Source of the DNA: an uncultured Bacteroidia bacterium
Lineage (GTDB): Bacteria > Bacteroidota > Bacteroidia > Bacteroidales > Prolixibacteraceae
Direction: 5' to 3'
NCBI GenBank assembly: GCA_903859795.1
Contig: CAIOOC010000596.1
Coordinates: 1-27,993, forward strand
DNA length: 27,993 nt
Below, one piece after another: positions 17,002 through 24,833 of the stretch (its first letter is position 1; each line of letters opens with the position of its first letter). Under the pieces are notes generated by a model. It ran no database searches, had not been told where the DNA came from, and saw nothing but the letters and a program-made list of their open reading frames with translations. A program made the position numbers and the translations under genes.

Positions 17002-18999
17002 ATGAAATTCCAGGCAAATATTGTGTTATTTGGATTAACAGCCATATTTATCCTATTTGTGCAAGGTGAAAACAATAATGGAATACCTCCGTTGTGGCTT
17101 AAAGCATGGTCCTCCCCTCCTGTAGAATATCGCCCGTTACAGATGGTTCATGGAGCAGATATTCGCAATAAGGCTACGTATTACAAGGATAACTGCGGAT
17201 TAGGTGGTGTAGTTTGCAATGTCCCCTTTGGCGAGAGTTACCTAAAATCGGAAGAAGAATGGAAGGTTTTTGTCGATGGAGTGAAGGCTATGCGCAACAG
17301 TGGTTTACGAGTCTGGATTTATGATGAGGACGGATATCCGAGTCTCGGTGCTGGTGGTAGGGTACTCGAAGCAGATCCCTCTTTGGAGGCGCTTGAAATG
17401 GTCTATGACAGTCAAGGCAGTAACCCGTTTTTAGTACGACGCTGTTACGAATTTACCCACGCATGCAACAATTTCTATGTAGCCCGCCGATATCCCAATC
17501 CATTGAATCCTAAGGCAACTCAAAAATTTATTCAGTTAACACATCAATCCTACCACGATCATTTGGGCTTGGACCTCTTTGGGGAAGTGGAAGCATTCTT
17601 TACTGATGAACCATCGATGATGGCTGTAAATCTTGGTGAACTGAGGGAAGATGTCCGCAAAAATGTTAAGGTTACCAACCCGCTTGACCCGGATAAAAAA
17701 AACCTGCCAATGGTATCGTGGGCAGAAGGATTGCCTGAGAAATATAAGGCGAAATACGGGAAAGAACTTATGCCGTCAATTGCTTCGTTGTTTTCTGGTA
17801 ACGATGAGACAGACAAGGTAACCCGGCAAAATTTTTGGTCATTACTTGCTGAACTGGATTTAAAATACTATTACTGCACTATTCGCGATTGGACAAAACT
17901 ATTCCGGGAGAAGAACGGAGGCAAAGGACCTGTCTCGTCGGGGCATGGGTTAAGGGAAGAGGATCCGGCTAACCATGTGGCTTTAGACGGTAATAAACTG
18001 CTGGTTACTTCAGGGTTTGACATTCCCGGACTCGATCAGCTAAGTTCAGATCCAACCATCTGGGGAGGTAATTCATGGATGGCGGTTTTTTTTCCGAATT
18101 CATCAGCAGTTCTTAACAGTCAGCGCCGTGTGATGTGTGAAATGAGTGACTTTGACCAAACCCTGAATGGAAAGGGTCCTTCATCGCTTGAAAATATGGA
18201 GGCAGCAACAGCCTGGCAGATGGCTTTTGGGGTAACAGACTTCAACTTATATTACACGATAACCTATGGCAACCAATATCCAAAGAGACAAGAGACTGCC
18301 TATCGGGAATATTGCAATTTCGTGGGGCGCGCTAATTCCATCTTAAAGGAAGCTACCCCTGTAAGAAATGTGCTGCTTTATTATCCAATTTATGATTTGC
18401 AACGCGAGTATATCCCTACTGCCGAAAAAATGTCTGTCCGCACGCAAAGTGAGTTGACCAAGACATTGGAATTGTCATTCAGGGATTTAGGAGCTAACCT
18501 GTTAAAAACTCAGATCCAGTTTGTGCTTGTTGATTATCTTTTTCTCGAGGATGCTGTCGTTTCAGATCATGGAACGATTCAAATCGGCAGAAACGAATTT
18601 TCATCCATTGTATTTCCCAAAGGGATAGTTATTACTCCTTCAATGTCACACCTGTTGGATCAGGCAAAAACTAAAGGTGTAAAAATCATTTTTGGGGAAG
18701 ATTTTACGGTGACACCTTCTCCGGATCAGTTATCATCTCTTTTGGGTTCTGTGAATAAAATCAGTCCCGCAAATAGTTCCATTGCTTTCGGGAAATTTTT
18801 ACGAGATGGGAATCAGATTTTCATGCTTGCAAACACAGGAAAAGATGAGTATAAGGGCGCACTGCATGTAGAGATTGGGAAACGATATGTTGTACTTGAT
18901 CCCCAGACAGGAGCAGTTTCTGATCTGCAAAGTTTTGTCGGGAATAAGATTGATATTCAGCTTGCTCCGTTACAAACAAAAGTCGTTGTCGTTCTTTAG
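17002..18999 (+). CDS. Secreted glycosyl hydrolase, GH106 (alpha-L-rhamnosidase)-like catalytic domain plus C-terminal domain
   Basis: Signal-like N-terminus. Motifs WIYDEDGYPSLGAGG, FFTDEPS, GH...EE, DIPGLD, MCE, VLLYYPI. The family is inferred from motif resemblance and the substrate is unknown. Confidence 0.65.
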   Translation: MKFQANIVLFGLTAIFILFVQGENNNGIPPLWLKAWSSPPVEYRPLQMVHGADIRNKATYYKDNCGLGGVVCNVPFGESYLKSEEEWKVFVDGVKAMRNSGLRVWIYDEDGYPSLGAGGRVLEADPSLEALEMVYDSQGSNPFLVRRCYEFTHACNNFYVARRYPNPLNPKATQKFIQLTHQSYHDHLGLDLFGEVEAFFTDEPSMMAVNLGELREDVRKNVKVTNPLDPDKKNLPMVSWAEGLPEKYKAKYGKELMPSIASLFSGNDETDKVTRQNFWSLLAELDLKYYYCTIRDWTKLFREKNGGKGPVSSGHGLREEDPANHVALDGNKLLVTSGFDIPGLDQLSSDPTIWGGNSWMAVFFPNSSAVLNSQRRVMCEMSDFDQTLNGKGPSSLENMEAATAWQMAFGVTDFNLYYTITYGNQYPKRQETAYREYCNFVGRANSILKEATPVRNVLLYYPIYDLQREYIPTAEKMSVRTQSELTKTLELSFRDLGANLLKTQIQFVLVDYLFLEDAVVSDHGTIQIGRNEFSSIVFPKGIVITPSMSHLLDQAKTKGVKIIFGEDFTVTPSPDQLSSLLGSVNKISPANSSIAFGKFLRDGNQIFMLANTGKDEYKGALHVEIGKRYVVLDPQTGAVSDLQSFVGNKIDIQLAPLQTKVVVVL

Positions 19000-19095
19000 T
19001 CGGGAAGCCTTTATGAACGTTATCACTATTCCGTCCGAATTAACAGTTGAGCTTTTTCGGGGTTTTGCTTGAGGACTATATGCATGTACTGTCGC

Positions 19096-19230
19096 TTTAC
19101 CCCTGGGTTGGGGGTAAATTTCAGGACATTCCCTCGTTTAGTCGTGCAGTCGTGCGTTCGTATACTCGTTCAGTCTCGTTTAGTCGTTCAGTCATGCTTT
19201 CGTGCAGTCGTCCCCTCGCCCCGTCGCACT
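19096..19230. repeat. Third, more degenerate period-8 TCG array (about 12 units) with adjacent hairpin
   Basis: TCG at 19134, 19142, 19150, 19158, 19166, 19176, 19184, (TCA at 19192), 19200, 19208, 19216, 19224. Preceded by atttcaggac and the hairpin tttacccc-N7-ggggtaaa (19096-19118). Lies directly 3' of the SUI1 stop. Confidence 0.8.
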
Positions 19231-19233
19231 TCA

Positions 19234-19587
19234 TCACCCCCCTGCCTTTTTTGCTTTATATCCATCAACTGCCAACAGTTCAATTAACCGGTCGCGGAAA
19301 TCACCCTGTATCAAAATCTCTCCATCCTTTACCGAGCCGCCTACTCCACACTTTGACTTTAATTTTTTTCCCAATTCTTTTAAATCCTCATCAGAACCAA
19401 TAAAACCGGTTATCAGGGTGACCTTCTTTCCCGCCCGCTGCTTTTTATCAAGCAATACTTTGAGGTTTTGTTGTGTCGGTTTTAACGTTTCCTGATTCTG
19501 ATCAGCCGAATTAAAGTTGTACTGGAAATTGTCGGCAGTTGAATAAACAACTCCTTCACGGGATTTTCTGTTTTGTAGATTCGCCAT
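19234..19587 (-). CDS. Translation initiation factor SUI1/YciH family protein
   Basis: [39 protein letters not shown]. Confidence 0.93.
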   Translation of the reverse strand: MANLQNRKSREGVVYSTADNFQYNFNSADQNQETLKPTQQNLKVLLDKKQRAGKKVTLITGFIGSDEDLKELGKKLKSKCGVGGSVKDGEILIQGDFRDRLIELLAVDGYKAKKAGG

Positions 19588-19659
19588 TTTACTCTTTTAA
19601 GTGCGCTAATTAATAAACTTATAACCTTATATGGCTTGCAAAATCATAACTATTAAAGA

Positions 19660-21240
19660 CTGAAGTTTCGCATTAGAAATTAGGCAAAAAAAAAGATAGG
19701 TTTTATGATAAAAAAGTAGCATGGAAATTTGTTTATATTACTGAAAATCAGTAATATTATGTTGTCAAACAAAACAATAAAACCATGCTACGAAGTAAAG
19801 ATACAACAAACATTTCTGAAATTAATGGCTTTTTCACTTCAAGTGAAAAAGTTTGCCAGACAGTTCTCTGGATTATTCGTTCTTTGAATCTTAACAGTAA
19901 GCAATTGAAATCATCTGATGGTGATCGATCAACGTATTCGTCAAGCAATATTTTGACTCTGCTTCTGCTTTTCCCTCTGTTTCAACTTCCCAATGTAAGA
20001 GCTTATAGCATAAGTATTTTGTCGAAACTGTTCAAAGGAGGTAAAGATGTCTTTTACCGTTTTAAAAACAATGAACTGATCAACTGGAGGGCATTGCACT
20101 ACCAGGTTACCTTACAATTGATCGGATTAGCCACAACTGCTGAGGAGTCGACCGGATATAAATGCTTGATTGCCGATGATACCGACCTACCCAAGACCGG
20201 TTGGAGCATTGAACTAATTGGCAGGATCTGGTCTCATGTTACCAACAATTGTAAACTTGGGTTTAAAGGATTGTTCCTTGGATACCACGATGGCAAAAGT
20301 TTTTTCGGAATAGATTTCTCTTTGCATGGAGAAAAGGGGAAAAACGAAAAGAAACCTTATGGATTAACTTCAAAACAAGCAAAAGACAGGTTTTCAAAGA
20401 AAAGAAGCGTTCATGCTGCCGGAAGCATACGTAGGGCTGAGTACTTTGAAAAGAAAACCGATAATTTATTGATGATGATCCGCACTGCAATTTCAAAAGG
20501 TATTCGTTTTAATTATCTGCTGGTTGATAGTTGGTTTGTAAGCGATGAGTTGATTTCATTCATCCTAAAACGTAAAATTAAATGTCACTTGTTGGGCATG
20601 GCAAAAATGGGAAAGGCCAGGTACGATTTTAAGGCACAATCCTATACAGCAAAGGAGCTTATAGAAAAACAGAAACGAAATAAGAAGACAAAACGTTCCA
20701 GAAAACTTAATGTCTGGTACAGTTTTGTAGATGTACACTATAAAGAGAATTATATACGACTATTCTTTTGCAAGACGACTCATCGGGGTAGTTGGAACGT
20801 TTTACTGACAACGAACAACGAGCTGGAATTTGAAGAAGCTTACCGGATTTACAGTATCCGCTGGAGCATCGAAGTATTCTTCAAGGAGACCAAAAATTAT
20901 TTGAGGCTTGGTAAGAGCCAATCACAGGATTTTGACGCCCAGATAGCAGACACAACGATTAGTATGCTACAGTACAACATCCTTTCGCTTGCAAAGAGGT
21001 TGTTAGACTATGAAAGTTTGGGTGAACTGTTCAAACAAGCTGGTGTTGAGACATTGGAATTAACGATCGTAGAAAAAATATGGGGCTACCTTTTAGAACT
21101 TCTAAAATTAATAGCCGACATTTTCGAAATAGATATGGAACAAATATTGGATAAAATAGCTGATGATAATCAGTCGATTACAAAAATCATCAAAATGAAC
21201 GCTGCATTAAATGCTGCTTAGCGTTGATGCGAAACTTAAA
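19660..21240 (+). mobile_element. IS4-family insertion sequence, about 1581 bp (ISPepr1-subgroup-like)
   Basis: Left end CTGAAGTTTCGCATTA and right end (reverse complement) TTTAAGTTTCGCATCA share the 11-bp core AAGTTTCGCAT. Flanking direct repeat ttaaaga (19653-19659 / 21241-21247), or 8 bp attaaaga if the right end is taken at 21239. Single transposase. Confidence 0.9.
19785..21221 (+). CDS. IS4-family DDE transposase
   Basis: IADDTD (D1), LVDSWF (D2), and the IS4 signature Y-2-R-3-E-6-K in YSIRWSIEVFFKETK. Uninterrupted 478-aa ORF. Confidence 0.93.
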   Translation: MLRSKDTTNISEINGFFTSSEKVCQTVLWIIRSLNLNSKQLKSSDGDRSTYSSSNILTLLLLFPLFQLPNVRAYSISILSKLFKGGKDVFYRFKNNELINWRALHYQVTLQLIGLATTAEESTGYKCLIADDTDLPKTGWSIELIGRIWSHVTNNCKLGFKGLFLGYHDGKSFFGIDFSLHGEKGKNEKKPYGLTSKQAKDRFSKKRSVHAAGSIRRAEYFEKKTDNLLMMIRTAISKGIRFNYLLVDSWFVSDELISFILKRKIKCHLLGMAKMGKARYDFKAQSYTAKELIEKQKRNKKTKRSRKLNVWYSFVDVHYKENYIRLFFCKTTHRGSWNVLLTTNNELEFEEAYRIYSIRWSIEVFFKETKNYLRLGKSQSQDFDAQIADTTISMLQYNILSLAKRLLDYESLGELFKQAGVETLELTIVEKIWGYLLELLKLIADIFEIDMEQILDKIADDNQSITKIIKMNAALNAA

Positions 21241-21496
21241 TTAAAGATAGTATAACGATTGGAATTTAAAGATAGCGTTATTTGAGTAAAAGAAAGCTAA
21301 AATATCGTGTAAAATATAATGAATCTAATTTAGCATGTTGTTTAAATTCAATTCATTAATTTTTGCAATTTTGCGACGCGGGAAAATGGTAGTCGTTATG
21401 TCGCTAAATCGATTTTTACGGGAACACTTATTTTGATAATGAGCTTTTCCGCCCGCGATGTTATGTATTGAATATCAGTAAAATAATTTCGTGTCT

Positions 21497-22321
21497 ATGA
21501 ATAGGATTCTCGAGAAAACATATTTTTCGGATAAAGTAGTTCAGTTGGTCGTTGAAAGTCCATTAATTGCTAAATCCAGAAAGCCGGGTAATTTCGTGAT
21601 ATTACGTATTGGAGAAGACGGGGAAAGATTTCCCCTGACCATTTCAGATGCCGATCCGGTGCGCGGGACAATTACCCTTGTTGTGCAGATTATGGGGGTA
21701 AGCTCTTCGAAGTTGGTTGCCCTTGAACCAGGGGACAGTATTACCGATCTTGTAGGGCCACTTGGAAAACCTACCCATATCGAAAATATCGGGACAGTTT
21801 TGGCTGCCGGTGGTGGTGTTGGTGTTGCGCCCCTGCTTCCGATTGTTGAGGCCTTCAAGAAAGCAGGGAACCGGGTTGTAACAGTTATCGCAGCACGGAA
21901 TAAGGATTTAATTATCCTGGAGGATGAGATTCGCAAATGGTCTGATGAGGTGATCGTTATGACTGATGATGGCTCCTATGGCAGACAAGGATTAGTTACT
22001 GCCGGAATGGAAGAGATCATCCAGCGCGAAAAAGTCAATGAGTGTATCGTCATTGGTCCTGCGATCATGATGAAATTTGCCTCTTTGCTTACCAAAAAAT
22101 ACAACATTCCCACCCAGGCAAGCTTAAATTCGATTATGGTAGATGGAACCGGTATGTGTGGAGCATGCCGTGTCTCAGTTGGTGGAAAGACCAAATTTAC
22201 CTGTGTTGATGGACCTGAATTTGATGCCCATCAGGTTGATTTTGATGAAATGCTTATGAGGCTGGGTGGTTATATTCAGGAAGAGAGAAAGGCATCGGAA
22301 ATCTATTCACAAAAGCTTTAA
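21497..22321 (+). CDS. nfnA: NfnA/SudB-like FAD/NAD-binding [2Fe-2S] subunit (ferredoxin:NADP+ oxidoreductase small subunit)
   Basis: ERFPLTI, GPLG, GGGVGVAP, GPAIMM, and MVDGTGMCGACR...CVDGPEF (Asp plus 3 Cys 2Fe-2S ligation). Adjacent to an NfnB homologue. Confidence 0.88.
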   Translation: MNRILEKTYFSDKVVQLVVESPLIAKSRKPGNFVILRIGEDGERFPLTISDADPVRGTITLVVQIMGVSSSKLVALEPGDSITDLVGPLGKPTHIENIGTVLAAGGGVGVAPLLPIVEAFKKAGNRVVTVIAARNKDLIILEDEIRKWSDEVIVMTDDGSYGRQGLVTAGMEEIIQREKVNECIVIGPAIMMKFASLLTKKYNIPTQASLNSIMVDGTGMCGACRVSVGGKTKFTCVDGPEFDAHQVDFDEMLMRLGGYIQEERKASEIYSQKL

Positions 22322-22331
22322 TTTTAGGATA

Positions 22332-23819
22332 ATGTCATTAAACCCCGAATACCTCAAGGAGGAAAGGAGCCAGGCCTGGAGGGCCGAATTGCGCGCAAAA
22401 ACAAAAAACAAAGAACGTATATTGATCCCCAGAGTTAAAATGCCCGAACTGGCCCCTGCTATACGGGTCAAGCATCAGGATAAGGAAGTAAATATGGGGC
22501 TCGAACTTGAACAGGCATTAAAAGAGGCTACCAGGTGCATGGATTGTGTAAATCCTACATGTATTGAAGGATGTCCGGTAAGCATTAATATTCCGAAATT
22601 CATCAAATATATCGAGCAGGGTGAGATACTTATGGCTGCTGCCACTCTCAAAGAGACCAATGCACTTCCCGCTGTTTGCGGTCGCGTTTGTCCCCAGGAG
22701 AAGCAGTGTGAATCGAGGTGCTTTTATGTCGAAAAAACAGATAAACCCGCTGTTGCTATCGGACATCTTGAAAGATTTGCCGCCGATTATGAGCGAAATT
22801 CAGGTTCCGCAAATATCCCTGAAACAGCTCTACCCAACGGAATAAAGATTGCGGCTGTCGGTTCCGGACCAGCTTCACTCTCGTTTGCCGGAGATATGGT
22901 TAAATACGGTTATGATGTCACTGTTTTTGAAGCACTTCATGAAATTGGCGGAGTTTTAAAATATGGAATACCTGAATTCAGGCTCCCTAACTCTGTTGTT
23001 GACTTTGAGTTGGAAAACCTCAGGAAGATGGGAGTAAAGTTTGAGACCAATTATATTGTAGGGAGAACCTCATCCTTTGATGATTTACGAGAAGAGGGTT
23101 ACGAGGGATTTTTCATTGCCAGTGGTGCCGGATTACCTCGTTTTATGGAGATTCCGGGTGAAAACTACAATGGGATTCTCTCGTCAAACGAATACCTGAC
23201 CCGTGTAAATCTGATGGGTGCTTCAATCGAAGGAAAGGATACCCCGGTATTAAAAGGAAAATATGTTGCAGTAATCGGGGGTGGAAATACTGCTATGGAT
23301 TCTGTTCGCACTGCTCTGCGGCTTGGAGCCCAGCGTGCAATGATTATTTATCGCCGCTCTGAAGCAGAGATGCCTGCCCGCGTTGAAGAGGTAAAACATG
23401 CCAAGGAGGAAGGGGTTGAATTTATGACGCTGTGTAACCCACTCGAATATTTCGCCGATGAGAAAGGACGCGTCACAGGAATGAGACTTAACAGGATGGG
23501 GCTTGGTGAACCAGATTCATCCGGACGCCGGCGGCCAATGCCAATTGAAGGCTCTGAATTCGAACTCGATGTCGACCTTGTTGTTGTCGCTGTGGGAGTA
23601 TCACCGAACCCACTTGTCCCTTCATGTCTTCCTGATCTGAAAATTACCAAATGGGGAACCATTGTTGTCGACGAAGACAAAATGCAATCATCTATTTCAG
23701 AGATGTTTGCAGGTGGTGATATTGTTCGGGGCGGAGCAACTGTTATTCTGGCCATGGGCGATGGACGACGGGCTGCCGAAAACATGCACCACTATATTCA
23801 GAATAAAGCTAATCATTAA
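22332..23819 (+). CDS. nfnB: NfnB/SudA-like subunit (GltD-like; often annotated NADPH-dependent glutamate synthase)
   Basis: CMDCVNPTCIEGCP and CGRVCPQEKQCE 4Fe-4S motifs, GSGPA, YGIPEFRLP, GGGNTAMD, YRRS, FAGGDIVRGGATVILAMGDG. ATG 22332 follows the nfnA stop by 10 nt. No gltB large subunit in the window. Confidence 0.88.
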   Translation: MSLNPEYLKEERSQAWRAELRAKTKNKERILIPRVKMPELAPAIRVKHQDKEVNMGLELEQALKEATRCMDCVNPTCIEGCPVSINIPKFIKYIEQGEILMAAATLKETNALPAVCGRVCPQEKQCESRCFYVEKTDKPAVAIGHLERFAADYERNSGSANIPETALPNGIKIAAVGSGPASLSFAGDMVKYGYDVTVFEALHEIGGVLKYGIPEFRLPNSVVDFELENLRKMGVKFETNYIVGRTSSFDDLREEGYEGFFIASGAGLPRFMEIPGENYNGILSSNEYLTRVNLMGASIEGKDTPVLKGKYVAVIGGGNTAMDSVRTALRLGAQRAMIIYRRSEAEMPARVEEVKHAKEEGVEFMTLCNPLEYFADEKGRVTGMRLNRMGLGEPDSSGRRRPMPIEGSEFELDVDLVVVAVGVSPNPLVPSCLPDLKITKWGTIVVDEDKMQSSISEMFAGGDIVRGGATVILAMGDGRRAAENMHHYIQNKANH

Positions 23820-23835
23820 CTCAATATTTTTGAAG

Positions 23836-24822
23836 ATGACTAATCTTAGTGTCACTTATCTTGGACTTGAACTTAAAAACCCGATTATCGCCGGAAGTAG
23901 TGGCCTTACCAATTCAATTGAGAATCTTAAGGCGTTGGAAGAGGCGGGTGTTGCAGCGGTTGTTTTAAAATCAATTTTCGAAGAGGAAATTTATCTGGAA
24001 TTTGCGCACGAGTTCAGAAAACTTGGCCCAATGGATAATAATCTGGAATTTCTCGACTATTACGATTACCAGATTAAAAAGGATAATCTTAAGAACTACT
24101 TAAGCCTGATTACAGAGGCAAAAAAAGCGCTTACAATACCTGTTATAGCAAGCATTAACTGCACTACTGCCCAGGAATGGGCATTTTTTGCCAAAAAAGT
24201 TGAAGATGCGGGAGCCGATGCAATCGAATTGAATGTTTTTGTACTTCCCACGAACCTTACACAGACCAGCGAGGACAACGAAAGCATGTATTTTGATATT
24301 GTCTCAAGAGTCTCATCAAAGATAAAGATTCCGATATCACTAAAAATCAGTTCCTATTTCTCCAATTTGGGTGCCGTGATCAGAGATCTTTCTTTCTCCG
24401 AAATCAAGGGACTGGTACTATTTAATAAGTTTTATAGTCCCGACGTAGATATTCATGAACAAAAGATTACCGGTTCTGATGTTTTAAGTAAAGACACCGA
24501 CTATAAGCTCTCACTGCGTTGGATCGCATTGATGGCGAACCGGGTAAACAGCGACCTTTCTGCCTCAACAGGAATTCATGACTGGGAAACCATCGTGAAG
24601 ATGTTGCTTGTCGGTGCTACTACTGTCCAGATCGTTTCGGCTCTTTACAAGGATGGATTCTCCATTATTCCTTCTCTGATCCAAGGTATTAGCCATTGGA
24701 TGGAACTTAATGGTTATGAATCATTAGCCGATTTCAGAGGAAAATTAAGTTTGGATAACACTACAAATCTTGCAGAGTTCGAACGGGTACAATTTATGCG
24801 TACTTTTGGGGAGCATAAATAA
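23836..24822 (+). CDS. Dihydroorotate dehydrogenase-like FMN protein (lacks the class 1 catalytic Cys)
   Basis: LSVTYLGLELKNPIIAGSS, VLKSIFEE, PVIASIN, GADAIELNV (no SCPN), LVLFNKF, ASTGIH. ATG 23836 is 16 nt after the nfnB stop. Confidence 0.85.
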   Translation: MTNLSVTYLGLELKNPIIAGSSGLTNSIENLKALEEAGVAAVVLKSIFEEEIYLEFAHEFRKLGPMDNNLEFLDYYDYQIKKDNLKNYLSLITEAKKALTIPVIASINCTTAQEWAFFAKKVEDAGADAIELNVFVLPTNLTQTSEDNESMYFDIVSRVSSKIKIPISLKISSYFSNLGAVIRDLSFSEIKGLVLFNKFYSPDVDIHEQKITGSDVLSKDTDYKLSLRWIALMANRVNSDLSASTGIHDWETIVKMLLVGATTVQIVSALYKDGFSIIPSLIQGISHWMELNGYESLADFRGKLSLDNTTNLAEFERVQFMRTFGEHK

Positions 24823-24833
24823 ACTTGTTTCCT

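Noticed and set aside
19047..19495. Plus-strand ORFs of 118, 72 and 97 aa
   Set aside because: They are translations of the octamer array and the antisense strand of SUI1.
22332..23819. Calling this gene a true glutamate synthase
   Set aside because: There is no large subunit in the window and it is paired with an NfnA-type gene, so NfnB fits better.
22266..23835. Apparent nfnA/nfnB and nfnB/DHOD-like overlaps suggesting frameshift fusion
   Set aside because: The overlaps arise from over-extended ORF starts; ATGs at 22332 and 23836 give normal non-overlapping genes.
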